From Balanoglossus misakiensis (Eukaryota; Animalia; Hemichordata): 64,000 nt of DNA. The DNA is taken from NCBI GenBank assembly GCA_040954595.2, contig CM082590.2, forward strand, positions 2,666,001 to 2,730,000, written 5' to 3'. Position 1 is the first letter of the stretch; each line of letters begins with the position of its first letter. This document shows positions 1 to 15,000 of the stretch, one piece after another. A program made the position numbers and the translations under genes. The notes under the pieces are model-generated. The model ran no database searches. It saw only the letters and a program-made list of their open reading frames with translations, and was not told where the DNA came from.

Positions 1-3000
1 CCAAACAGCCTCGTTTATTTACCGAATTCTGTTGTGAGGCGCAGAGCACGTAATAGGCCTATGCGCATAAGAAAGTTTTCCACCAGACTCTGTAGATCGA
101 CGGATAGTTGTAAAATTTCCATGGTTGCTTCCAAACAGCCTCGTTTATTTACCGATTTCTGTTGTGATGCGCAGAACACATAGATAGGCATATGTGCATA
201 ATAAAGTTTTCCACTAGACTCTGTAGATCGAGAGATAGTTCTAAAATTTCCATGGTTGCTTCCAAACACAGCCTCGTTTGTTTACAAAATTCTGTTGTGA
301 TGCGCAGAACACATATATAGGCCTATGCGCATAATAACGTTTTCCACTAGACTCTGTAGATCGACGGATAGTTGTAAAATTTCATGATTGCTTCCAAATA
401 CAGCCTCGTTTATTTACCGATTTCTGTTGTGATGCGTATAACACATAGATAGGCCTATGCGCATAAGAACGTTTTCCACTAGACTATGTAGATCGACGGA
501 TAGTTGTACAATTTCCATGGTTGCTTCCAAACAGCCTCGTTTATTTACCGAATTCTGTTGTGAGGCGCAGAACACATAGATAGGCATATGTGCATAAGAA
601 AGTTTTCCACTATAGACTCTGTAGATCGAGAGATAGTTCTAAAATGTCCATGGTTGCTACCAAACACAGCCTCGTTTGTTTACAAAATTCTGTTGTGATG
701 CGCAGAACACATATATAGGCCTATGCGCATAAGAACGTTTCCACTAGACTCTGTAGATCGACGGATAGCTGTAAAATTTCCATGGTTGCTTCCAAACAGC
801 CTCGTTTATTTACCGATTTCTGTTGTGATGCGCAGAACACATAGATAGGCATATGTGCATAATAAAGTTTTCCACTAGACTCTGTAGATCGAGAGATAGT
901 TCTAAAATTTCCATGGTTGCTTCCAAACACAGCCTCGTTTGTTTACAAAATTCTGTTGTGATGCGCAGAACACATATATAGGCCTATGCGCATAATAACG
1001 TTTTCCACTAGACTCTGTAGATCGACGGATAGTTGTAAAATTTCCATGGTTGCTTCCAAACAGCCTCGTTTATTTACCGAATTCTGTTGTGAGGCGCAGA
1101 ACACATAGATAGGCATATGTGCATAAGAAAGTTTTCCACTATAGACTCTGTAGATCGAGAGATAGTTCTAAAATGTCCATGGTTGCTTCCAAACACAGCC
1201 TCGTTTGTTTACAAAATTCTGTTGTGATGCGCAGAACACATATATAGGCCCATGCGCATAATAACGTTTTCCACTAGACTCTGTAGATCGACGGATAGTT
1301 GTAAAATTTCCATGGTTGCTTCCAAACAGCCTCGTTTATTTACCGAATTCTGTTGTGAGGCGCAGAACACATAGATAGGCATATGTGCATAAATAAGTTT
1401 TCCACTATAGACTCTGTAGATCGAGAGATAGTTCTAAAATGTCCATGGTTGCTACCAAACACAGCCTCGTTTGTTTACAAAATTATGTTGTGATGCGCAG
1501 AACACATATATAGGCCTATGCGCATAAGAACGTTTCCACTAGACTCTGTAGATCGACGGATAGCTGTAAAATTTCCATGGTTGCTTCCAAACAGCCTCGT
1601 TTATTTACCGATTTCTGTTGTGAGGCGCAGAACACATGATAGGCCTATGCGCATGAGACATTTTTCCACTAGACTCTGTAGATCGACGGATAGTTGTAAA
1701 ATTTCATGGTTGCTTCCAAATACAGCCTCGTTTATTTAGCGATTTCTGTTGTGATGCGCATAACACATAGATAGGCCTATGCGCATAAGAACGTTTTCCA
1801 CTAGACTTTGTAGATCGACGGATAGTTGTACAATGTCCATGGTTGCTTCCAAACAGCCTCGTTTATTTACCGAATTCTGTTGTGAGGCGCAGAACACGTA
1901 ATAGGTCTATGCGCATAAGGAAGTTTTCCACCAGACTCTGTAGATCGACAGATAGTTCTAAAATGTCCATGGTTGCTTCCAAACACAGCCTCGTTTATTT
2001 ACCGATTTCTGTTGTGATGCGCATAACACATAGATAGGCCTATGCGCATAAGAACGTTTTCCACTAGACTCTGTAGATCGAGAGATAGTTCTAAAATTTC
2101 CATGGTTGCTTCCAAACACAGCCTCGTTTGTTTACAAAATTCTGTTGTGATGCGCAGAACACATATATAGGCCTATGCGCATAATAACGTTTTCCACTAG
2201 ACTCTGTAGATCGACGGATAGTTGTAAAATTTCCATGGTTGCTTCCAAACAGCCTCGTTTATTTACCGAATTCTGTTGTGAGGCGCAGAACACATAGATA
2301 GGCATATGTGCATAAGAAAGTTTTCCACTATAGACTCTGTAGATCGAGAGATAGTTCTAAAATGTCCATGGTTGCTTCCAAACACAGCCTCGTTTGTTTA
2401 CAAAATTCTTTTGTGATGCGCAGAACACATATATAGGCCTATGCGCATAATAACGTTTTCCACTAGACTCTGTAGATCGACGGATAGTTGTAAAATTTCC
2501 ATGGTTGCTTCCAAACAGCCTCGTTTATTTACCGAATTCTGTTGTGAGGCGCAGAACACATAGATAGGCATATGTGCATAAATAAGTTTTCCACTATAGA
2601 CTCTGTAGATCGAGAGATAGTTCTAAAATGTCCATGGTTGCTACCAAACACAGCCTCGTTTGTTTACAAAATTATGTTGTGATGCGCAGAACACATATAT
2701 AGGCCTATGCGCATAAGAACGTTTCCACTAGACTCTGTAGATCGACGGATAGCTGTAAAATTTCCATGGTTGCTTCCAAACAGCCTCGTTTATTTACCGA
2801 TTTCTGTTGTGAGGCGCAGAACACATGATAGGCCTATGCGCATGAGACATTTTTCCACTAGACTCTGTAGATCGACGGATAGTTGTAAAATTTCATGGTT
2901 GCTTCCAAATACAGCCTCGTTTATTTAGCGATTTCTGTTGTGATGCGCATAACACATAGATAGGCCTATGCGCATAAGAACGTTTTCCACCAGACTTTGT

Positions 3001-6000
3001 AGATCGACGGATAGTTGTACAATGTCCATGGTTGCTTCCAAACAGCCTCGTTTATTTACCGAATTCTGTTGTGAGGCGCAGAACACGTAATAGGTCTATG
3101 CGCATAAGGAAGTTTTCCACCAGACTCTGTAGATCGACAGATAGTTCTAAAATGTCCATGGTTGCTTCCAAACACAGCCTCGTTTATTTACCGATTTCTG
3201 TTGTGATGCGCATAACACATAGATAGGCCTATGCGCATAAGAACGTTTTCCACTAGACTCTGTAGATCGACGGATAGTTGTACAATTTCCATGGTTGCTT
3301 CCAAACAGCATCGTTTATTTACCGAATTCTGTTGTGAGGCGCAGAACACGTAATAGGTCTATGCGCATAAGGAAGTTTTCCACCAGACTCTGTAGATCGA
3401 CGGATAGTTGTAAAATTTCATGATTGCTTCCAAATACAGCCTCGTTTATTTACCGATTTCTGTTGTGATGCGCATAACACATAGATAGGCCTATGCGCAT
3501 AAGAACGTTTTCCACTAGACTATGTAGATCGACGGATAGTTGTACAATTTCCATGGTTGCTTCCAAACAGCCTCGTTTATTTACCGATTTCTGTTGTGAG
3601 GCGCAGAACACATGATAGGCCTATGCGCATGAGACATTTTTCCACTAGACTCTGTAGATCGACGGATAGTTGTAAAATTTCATGGTTGCTTCCAAATACA
3701 GCCTCGTTTATTTAGCGATTTCTGTTGTGATGCGCATAACACATAGATAGGCCTATGCGCATAAGAACGTTTTCCACTAGACTTTGTAGATCGACGGATA
3801 GTTGTACAATGTCCATGGTTGCTTCCAAACAGCCTCGTTTATTTACCGAATTCTGTTGTGAGGCGCAGAACACGTAATAGGTCTATGCGCATAAGGAAGT
3901 TTTCCACCAGACTCTGTAGATCGACAGATAGTTCTAAAATGTCCATGGTTGCTTCCAAACACAGCCTCGTTTATTTACCGATTTCTGTTGTGATGCGCAT
4001 AACACATAGATAGGCCTATGCGCATAAGAACGTTTTCCACTAGACTCTGTAGATCGAGAGATAGTTCTAAAATTTCCATGGTTGCTTCCAAACACAGCCT
4101 CGTTTGTTTACAAAATTCTGTTGTGATGCGCAGAACACATATATAGGCCTATGCGCATAATAACGTTTTCCACTAGACTCTGTAGATCGACGGATAGTTG
4201 TAAAATTTCCATGGTTGCTTCCAAACAGCCTCGTTTATTTACCGAATTCTGTTGTGAGGCGCAGAACACATAGATAGGCATATGTGCATAAGAAAGTTTT
4301 CCACTATAGACTCTGTAGATCGAGAGATAGTTCTAAAATGTCCATGGTTGCTTCCAAACACAGCCTCGTTTGTTTACAAAATTCTTTTGTGATGCGCAGA
4401 ACACATATATAGGCCTATGCGCATAATAACGTTTTCCACTAGACTCTGTAGATCGACGGATAGTTGTAAAATTTCCATGGTTGCTTCCAAACAGCCTCGT
4501 TTATTTACCGAATTCTGTTGTGAGGCGCAGAACACATAGATAGGCATATGTGCATAAATAAGTTTTCCACTATAGACTCTGTAGATCGAGAGATAGTTCT
4601 AAAATGTCCATGGTTGCTACCAAACACAGCCTCGTTTGTTTACAAAATTATGTTGTGATGCGCAGAACACATATATAGGCCTATGCGCATAAGAACGTTT
4701 CCACTAGACTCTGTAGATCGACGGATAGCTGTAAAATTTCCATGGTTGCTTCCAAACAGCCTCGTTTATTTACCGATTTCTGTTGTGAGGCGCAGAACAC
4801 ATGATAGGCCTATGCGCATGAGACATTTTTCCACTAGACTCTGTAGATCGACGGATAGTTGTAAAATTTCATGGTTGCTTCCAAATACAGCCTCGTTTAT
4901 TTAGCGATTTCTGTTGTGATGCGCATAACACATAGATAGGCCTATGCGCATAAGAACGTTTTCCACCAGACTTTGTAGATCGACGGATAGTTGTACAATG
5001 TCCATGGTTGCTTCCAAACAGCCTCGTTTATTTACCGAATTCTGTTGTGAGGCGCAGAACACGTAATAGGTCTATGCGCATAAGGAAGTTTTCCACCAGA
5101 CTCTGTAGATCGACAGATAGTTCTAAAATGTCCATGGTTGCTTCCAAACACAGCCTCGTTTATTTACCGATTTCTGTTGTGATGCGCATAACACATAGAT
5201 AGGCCTATGCGCATAAGAACGTTTTCCACTAGACTCTGTAGATCGACGGATAGTTGTACAATTTCCATGGTTGCTTCCAAACAGCATCGTTTATTTACCG
5301 AATTCTGTTGTGAGGCGCAGAACACGTAATAGGTCTATGCGCATAAGGAAGTTTTCCACCAGACTCTGTAGATCGACGGATAGTTGTAAAATTTCATGAT
5401 TGCTTCCAAATACAGCCTCGTTTATTTACCGATTTCTGTTGTGATGCGCATAACACATAGATAGGCCTATGCGCATAAGAACGTTTTCCACTAGACTATG
5501 TAGATCGACGGATAGTTGTACAATTTCCATGGTTGCTTCCAAACAGCCTCGTTTATTTACCGATTTCTGTTGTGAGGCGCAGAACACATGATAGGCCTAT
5601 GCGCATAAGACATTTTTCCACTAGACTCTGTAGATCGACGGATTGTTCTAAAATTTCCATGGTTGCTTCCAAACAGCCTCGTTTATTTACCGAATTCTGT
5701 TGTGAGGCGCAGAGCACGTAATAGGCCTATGCGCATAAGAAAGTTTTCCACCAGACTCCTTAGATCGACGGATAGTTGTAAAATTTCCATGGTTGTTTCC
5801 AAACACAGCCTCGTTCATTTATAAAATTCTGTTGTGATGCGCTGAACACATACATATGCCTATGCGCGTAAGAAAGTTTCCCACTAGACTCTGTAGATCG
5901 ACGGATAGTTCTAAAATTTCCATGATTGCTTCCAAACACATCCTCGATTGTTTACAAAATTCTGTTGTGATGCGCAGAACACATATATAGGCCTATGCGC

Positions 6001-9000
6001 ATATGAATGTTTTCCACTATACTCCGTAGATCGACAGATAGTTCTAAAATTTCCATTGTTGCTTCCAAACAAAGCCTCGTTTGTTTACAAAATTCTGTTG
6101 TGATGTGCATAACACATGAAAGGCCTATGCGCACATGAACGTTTTTCCACTAGACTCTGTAGATCGACGGATAGTTCTAAAATGTCCATGGTTGCTACCA
6201 AACACAGCCTCGTTTGTTTACAAAATTCTGTTGTGATGCGCAGAACACATATATAGGCCTATGCGCATAAGAACGTTTCCACTAGACTCTGTAGATCGAC
6301 GGATAGCTGTAAAATTTCCATGGTTGCTTCCAAACAGCCTCGTTTATTTACCGATTTCTGTTGTGATGCGCAGAACACATAGATAGGCATATGTGCATAA
6401 TAAAGTTTTCCACTAGACTCTGTAGATCGAGAGATAGTTCTAAAATTTCCATGGTTGCTTCCAAACACAGCCTCGTTTGTTTACAAAATTCTGTTGTGAT
6501 GCGCAGAACACATATATAGGCCTATGCGCATAATAACGTTTTCCACTAGACTCTGTAGATCGACGGATAGTTGTAAAATTTCCATGGTTGCTTCCAAACA
6601 GCCTCGTTTATTTACCGAATTCTGTTGTGAGGCGCAGAACACATAGATAGGCATATGTGCATAAGAAAGTTTTCCACTATAGACTCTGTAGATCGAGAGA
6701 TAGTTCTAAAATGTCCATGGTTGCTTCCAAACACAGCCTCGTTTGTTTACAAAATTCTGTTGTGATGCGCAGAACACATATATAGGCCTATGCGCATAAT
6801 AACGTTTTCCACTAGACTCTGTAGATCGACGGATAGTTGTAAAATTTCCATGGTTGCTTCCAAACAGCCTCGTTTATTTACCGAATTCTGTTGTGAGGCG
6901 CAGAACACATAGATAGGCATATGTGCATAAGAAAGTTTTCCACTATAGACTCTGTAGATCGAGAGATAGTTCTAAAATGTCCATGGTTGCTACCAAACAC
7001 AGCCTCGTTTGTTTAGAAAATTCTGTTGTGATGCGCAGAACACATATATAGGCCTATGCGCATAAGAACGTTTCCACTAGACTCTGTAGATCGACGGATA
7101 GCTGTAAAATTTCCATGGTTGCTTCCAAACAGCCTCGTTTATTTACCGATTTCTGTTGTGAGGCGCAGAACACATGATAGGCCTATGCGCATGAGACATT
7201 TTTCCACTAGACTCTGTAGATCGACGGATAGTTGTAAAATTTCATGGTTGCTTCCAAATACAGCCTCGTTTATTTAGCGATTTCTGTTGTGATGCGCATA
7301 ACACATAGATAGGCCTATGCGCATAAGAACGTTTTCCACTAGACTCTGTAGATCGACGGATAGTTGTAAAATTTCCATGGTTGCTTCCAAACAGCCTCGT
7401 TTATTTACCGAATTCTGTTGTGAGGCGCAGAACACATAGATAGGCATATGTGCATAAGAAAGTTTTCCACTATAGACTCTGTAGATCGAGAGATAGTTCT
7501 AAAATGTCCATGGTTGCTACCAAACACAGCCTCGTTTGTTTACAAAATTCTGTTGTGATGCGCAGAACACATATATAGGCCTATGCGCATAAGAACGTTT
7601 CCACTAGACTCTGTAGATCGACGGATAGCTGTAAAATTTCCATGGTTGCTTCCAAACAGCCTCGTTTATTTACCGATTTCTGTTGTGAGGCGCAGAACAC
7701 ATGATAGGCCTATGCGCATAAGACATTTTTCCACTAGACTCTGTAGATTGACGGATAGTTGTAAAATTTCATGGTTGCTTCCAAATACAGCCTCGTTTAT
7801 TTAGCGATTTCTGTTGTGATGCGCATAACACATAGATAGGCCTATGCGCATAAGAACGTTTTCCACTAGACTTTGTAGATCGACGGATAGTTGTACAATG
7901 TCCATGGTTGCTTCCAAACAGCCTCGTTTATTTACCGAATTCTGTTGTGAGGCGCAGAACACGTAATAGGTCTATGCGCATAAGGAAGTTTTCCACCAGA
8001 CTCTGTAGATCGACGGATAGTTGTAAAATTTCATGGTTGCTTCCAAATACAGCCTCGTTTATTTACCGATTTCTGTTGTGATGCGCATAACACATAGATA
8101 GGCCTATGCGCATAAGAAGTTTTCCACTAGACTCTGTAGATCGACGGATAGTTGTACAATTTCCATGGTTGCTTCCAAACAGCCTCGTTTATTTACCGAT
8201 TTCTGTTGTGAGGCACAGAACACATGATAGGCCTATGCGCATAAGACATTTTTCCACTAGACTCTGTAGATCGACGGATAGTTCTAAAATTTCCATGGTT
8301 GCTTCCAAACAGCCTCGTTTATTTACCGAATTCTGTTGTGAGGCGCAGAGCACGTAATAGGCCTATGCGCATAAGAAAGTTTTCCACCAGACTCTGTAGA
8401 TCGACGGATAGTTGTACAATTTCCATGGTTGCTTCCAAACAGCCTCGTTTATTTACCGATTTCTGTTGTGATGCGCAGAACACATAGATAGGCATATGTG
8501 CATAATAAAGTTTTCCACTAGACTCTGTAGATCGAGAGATAGTTCTAAAATTTCCATGGTTGCTTCCAAACACAGCCTCGTTTGTTTACAAAATTCTGTT
8601 GTGATGCGCAGAACACATATATAGGCCTATGCGCATAATAACGTTTTCCACTAGACTCTGTAGATCGACGGATAGTTGTAAAATTTCCATGGTTGCTTCC
8701 AAACAGCCTCGTTTATTTACCGAATTCTGTTGTGAGGCGCAGAACACATAGATAGGCATATGTGCATAAGAAAGTTTTCCACTATAGACTCTGTAGATCG
8801 AGAGATAGTTCTAAAATGTCCATGGTTGCTTCCAAACACAGCCTCGTTTATTTACCGATTTCTGTTGTGATGCGCATAACACATAGATAGGCCTATGCGC
8901 ATAAGAACGTTTTCCACTAGACTCTGTAGATCGACGGATAGTTGTACAATTTCCATGGTTGCTTCCAAACAGCATCGTTTATTTACCGAATTCTGTTGTG

Positions 9001-12000
9001 AGGCGCAGAACACGTAATAGGTCTATGCGCATAAGGAAGTTTTCCACCAGACTCTGTAGATCGACGGATAGTTCTAAAATTTCCATGATTGCTTCCAAAC
9101 AGCCTCGTTTATTTACCGAATTCTGTTGTGAGGCGCAGAGCACGTAATAGGCCTATGCGCATAAGAAAGTTTTCCACCAGACTCTGTAGATCGACGGATA
9201 GTTGTAAAATTTCCATGGTTGCTTCCAAACAGCCTCGTTTATTTACCGATTTCTGTTGTGATGCGCAGAACACATAGATAGGCATATGTGCATAATAAAG
9301 TTTTCCACTAGACTCTGTAGATCGAGAGATAGTTCTAAAATTTCCATGGTTGCTTCCAAACACAGCCTCGTTTGTTTACAAAATTCTGTTGTGATGCGCA
9401 GAACACATATATAGGCCTATGCGCATAATAACGTTTTCCACTAGACTCTGTAGATCGACGGATAGTTGTAAAATTTCATGATTGCTTCCAAATACAGCCT
9501 CGTTTATTTACCGATTTCTGTTGTGATGCGTATAACACATAGATAGGCCTATGCGCATAAGAACGTTTTCCACTAGACTATGTAGATCGACGGATAGTTG
9601 TACAATTTCCATGGTTGCTTCCAAACAGCCTCGTTTATTTACCGATTTCTGTTGTGAGGCGCAGAACACATGATAGGCCTATGCGCATAAGAAAGTTTTC
9701 CACCAGACTCCGTAGATCGACGGATAGTTGTAAAATTTCCATGGTTGTTTCCAAACACAGCCTCGTTCATTTATAAAATTCTGTTGTGATGCGCTGAACA
9801 CATACATATGCCTATGCGCATAAGAAAGTTTCCCACTAGACTCTGTAGATCGACGGATAGTTCTAAAATTTCCATGATTGCTTCCAAACAGCCTCGTTTA
9901 TTTACCGAATTCTGTTGTGAGGCGCAGAGCACGTAATAGGCCTATGCGCATAAGAAAGTTTTCCACCAGACTCTGTAGATCGACGGATAGTTGTAAAATT
10001 TCCATGGTTGCTTCCAAACAGCCTCGTTTATTTACCGATTTCTGTTGTGATGCGCAGAACACATAGATAGGCATATGTGCATAATAAAGTTTTCCACTAG
10101 ACTCTGTAGATCGAGAGATAGTTCTAAAATTTCCATGGTTGCTTCCAAACACAGCCTCGTTTGTTTACAAAATTCTCTTGTGATGCGCAGAACACATATA
10201 TAGGCCTATGCGCATAATAACGTTTTCCACTAGACTCTGTAGATCGACGGATAGTTGTAAAATTTCCATGGTTGCTTCCAAACAGCCTCGTTTATTTACC
10301 GAAATCTGTTGTGAGGCGCAGAACACATAGATAGGCATATGTGCATAAGAAAGTTTTCCACTATAGACTCTGTAGATCGAGAGATAGTTCTAAAATGTCC
10401 ATGGTTGCTACCAAACACAGCCTCGTTTGTTTACAAAATTCTGTTGTGATGCGCAGAACACATATATAGGCCTATGCGCATAAGAACGTTTCCACTAGAC
10501 TCTGTAGATCGACGGATAGCTGTAAAATTTCCATGGTTGCTTCCAAACAGCCTCGTTTATTTACCGATTTCTGTTGTGATGCGCAGAACACATAGATAGG
10601 CATATGTGCATAATAAAGTTTTCCACTAGACTCTGTAGATCGAGAGATAGTTCTAAAATTTCCATGGTTGCTTCCAAACACAGCCTCGTTTGTTTACAAA
10701 ATTCTGTTGTGATGCGCAGAACACATATATAGGCCTATGCGCATAATAACGTTTTCCACTAGACTCTGTAGATCGACGGATAGTTGTAAAATTTCCATGG
10801 TTGCTTCCAAACAGCCTCGTTTATTTACCGAATTCTGTTGTGAGGCGCAGAACACATAGATAGGCATATGTGCATAAGAAAGTTTTCCACTATAGACTCT
10901 GTAGATCGAGAGATAGTTCTAAAATGTCCATGGTTGCTTCCAAACACAGCCTCGTTTGTTTACAAAATTCTGTTGTGATGCGCAGAACACATATATAGGC
11001 CTATGCGCATAATAACGTTTTCCACTAGACTCTGTAGATCGACGGATAGTTGTAAAATTTCCATGGTTGCTTCCAAACAGCCTCGTTTATTTACCGAATT
11101 CTGTTGTGAGGCGCAGAACACATAGATAGGCATATGTGCATAAATAAGTTTTCCACTATAGACTCTGTAGATCGAGAGATAGTTCTAAAATGTCCATGGT
11201 TGCTACCAAACACAGCCTCGTTTGTTTACAAAATTATGTTGTGATGCGCAGAACACATATATAGGCCTATGCGCATAAGAACGTTTCCACTAGACTCTGT
11301 AGATCGACGGATAGCTGTAAAATTTCCATGGTTGCTTCCAAACAGCCTCGTTTATTTACCGATTTCTGTTGTGAGGCGCAGAACACATGATAGGCCTATG
11401 CGCATGAGACATTTTTCCACTAGACTCTGTAGATCGACGGATAGTTGTAAAATTTCATGGTTGCTTCCAAATACAGCCTCGTTTATTTAGCGATTTCTGT
11501 TGTGATGCGCATAACACATAGATAGGCCTATGCGCATAAGAACGTTTTCCACTAGACTTTGTAGATCGACGGATAGTTGTACAATGTCCATGGTTGCTTC
11601 CAAACAGCCTCGTTTATTTACCGAATTCTGTTGTGAGGCGCAGAACACGTAATAGGTCTATGCGCATAAGGAAGTTTTCCACCAGACTCTGTAGATCGAC
11701 AGATAGTTCTAAAATGTCCATGGTTGCTTCCAAACACAGCCTCGTTTATTTACCGATTTCTGTTGTGATGCGCATAACACATAGATAGGCATATGTGCAT
11801 AAATAAGTTTTCCACTATAGACTCTGTAGATCGAGAGATAGTTCTAAAATGTCCATGGTTGCTACCAAACACAGCCTCGTTTGTTTACAAAATTATGTTG
11901 TGATGCGCAGAACACATATATAGGCCTATGCGCATAAGAACGTTTCCACTAGACTCTGTAGATCGACGGATAGCTGTAAAATTTCCATGGTTGCTTCCAA

Positions 12001-15000
12001 ACAGCCTCGTTTATTTACCGATTTCTGTTGTGAGGCGCAGAACACATGATAGGCCTATGCGCATGAGACATTTTTCCACTAGACTCTGTAGATCGACGGA
12101 TAGTTGTAAAATTTCATGGTTGCTTCCAAATACAGCCTCGTTTATTTAGCGATTTCTGTTGTGATGCGCATAACACATAGATAGGCCTATGCGCATAAGA
12201 ACGTTTTCCACTAGACTTTGTAGATCGACGGATAGTTGTACAATGTCCATGGTTGCTTCCAAACAGCCTCGTTTATTTACCGAATTCTGTTGTGAGGCGC
12301 AGAACACGTAATAGGTCTATGCGCATAAGGAAGTTTTCCACCAGACTCTGTAGATCGACAGATAGTTCTAAAATGTCCATGGTTGCTTCCAAACACAGCC
12401 TCGTTTATTTACCGATTTCTGTTGTGATGCGCATAACACATAGATAGGCCTATGCGCATAAGAACGTTTTCCACTAGACTCTGTAGATCGACGGATAGTT
12501 GTACAATTTCCATGGTTGCTTCCAAACAGCATCGTTTATTTACCGAATTCTGTTGTGAGGCGCAGAACACGTAATAGGTCTATGCGCATAAGGAAGTTTT
12601 CCACCAGACTCTGTAGATCGACGGATAGTTGTAAAATTTCATGATTGCTTCCAAATACAGCCTCGTTTATTTACCGATTTCTGTTGTGATGCGCATAACA
12701 CATAGATAGGCCTATGCGCATAAGAACGTTTTCCACTAGACTATGTAGATCGACGGATAGTTGTACAATTTCCATGGTTGCTTCCAAACAGCCTCGTTTA
12801 TTTACCGATTTCTGTTGTGAGGCGCAGAACACATGATAGGCCTATGCGCATAAGACATTTTTCCACTAGACTCTGTAGATCGACGGATTGTTCTAAAATT
12901 TCCATGGTTGCTTCCAAACAGCCTCGTTTATTTACCGAATTCTGTTGTGAGGCGCAGAGCACGTAATAGGCCTATGCGCATAAGAAAGTTTTCCACCAGA
13001 CTCCTTAGATCGACGGATAGTTGTAAAATTTCCATGGTTGTTTCCAAACACAGCCTCGTTCATTTATAAAATTCTGTTGTGATGCGCTGAACACATACAT
13101 ATGCCTATGCGCATAAGAAAGTTTCCCACTAGACTCTGTAGATCGACGGATAGTTCTAAAATTTCCATGATTGCTTCCAAACACATCCTCGATTGTTTAC
13201 AAAATTCTGTTGTGATGCGCAGAACACATATATAGGCCTATGCGCATATGAATGTTTTCCACTATACTCCGTAGATCGACAGATAGTTCTAAAATTTCCA
13301 TTGTTGCTTCCAAACAAAGCCTCGTTTGTTTACAAAATTCTGTTGTGATGTGCATAACACATGATAGGCCTATGCGCACATGAACGTTTTTCCACTAGAC
13401 TCTGTAGATCGACGGATAGTTCTAAAATTTCCATGGTTGCTTCCAAGCACAGCCTCGTTTGTTTACAAAATTCTGTTGTGATGCGCAGAACACATATATA
13501 GGCCTATGCGCATAATAACGTTTTCCACTAGACTCTGTAGATCGACGGATAGTTGTAAAATTTCCATGGTTGCTTCCAAACAGCCTCGTTTATTTACCGA
13601 ATTCTGTTGTGAGGCGCAGAACACATAGATAGGCATATGTGCATAAGAAAGTTTTCCACTATAGACTCTGTAGATCGAGAGATAGTTCTAAAATGTCCAT
13701 GGTTGCTACCAAACACAGCCTCGTTTGTTTACAAAATTCTGTTGTGATGCGCAGAACACATATATAGGCCTATGCGCATAAGAACGTTTCCACTAGACTC
13801 TGTAGATCGACGGATAGCTGTAAAATTTCCATGGTTGCTTCCAAACAGCCTCGTTTATTTACCGATTTCTGTTGTGATGCGCAGAACACATAGATAGGCA
13901 TATGTGCATAATAAAGTTTTCCACTAGACTCTGTAGATCGAGAGATAGTTCTAAAATTTCCATGGTTGCTTCCAAACACAGCCTCGTTTGTTTACAAAAT
14001 TCTGTTGTGATGCGCAGAACACATATATAGGCCTATGCGCATAATAACGTTTTCCACTAGACTCTGTAGATCGACGGATAGTTGTAAAATTTCCATGGTT
14101 GCTTCCAAACAGCCTCGTTTATTTACCGAATTCTGTTGTGAGGCGCAGAACACATAGATAGGCATATGTGCATAAGAAAGTTTTCCACTATAGACTCTGT
14201 AGATCGAGAGATAGTTCTAAAATGTCCATGGTTGCTTCCAAACACAGCCTCGTTTGTTTACAAAATTCTGTTGTGATGCGCAGAACACATATATAGGCCT
14301 ATGCGCATAATAACGTTTTCCACTAGACTCTGTAGATCGACGGATAGTTGTAAAATTTCCATGGTTGCTTCCAAACAGCCTCGTTTATTTACCGAATTCT
14401 GTTGTGAGGCGCAGAACACATAGATAGGCATATGTGCATAAGAAAGTTTTCCACTATAGACTCTGTAGATCGAGAGATAGTTCTAAAATGTCCATGGTTG
14501 CTACCAAACACAGCCTCGTTTGTTTAGAAAATTCTGTTGTGATGCGCAGAACATATATATAGGCCTATGCGCATAAGAACGTTTCCACTAGACTCTGTAG
14601 ATCGACGGATAGCTGTAAAATTTCCATGGTTGCTTCCAAACAGCCTCGTTTATTTACCGATTTCTGTTGTGAGGCGCAGAACACATGATAGGCCTATGCG
14701 CATAAGACATTTTTCCACTAGACTCTGTAGATTGACGGATAGTTGTAAAATTTCATGGTTGCTTCCAAATACAGCCTCGTTTATTTAGCGATTTCTGTTG
14801 TGATGCGCATAACACATAGATAGGCCTATGCGCATAAGAACGTTTTCCACTAGACTTTGTAGATCGACGGATAGTTGTACAATGTCCATGGTTGCTTCCA
14901 AACAGCCTCGTTTATTTACCGAATTCTGTTGTGAGGCGCAGAACACGTAATAGGTCTATGCGCATAAGGAAGTTTTCCACCAGACTCTGTAGATCGACGG

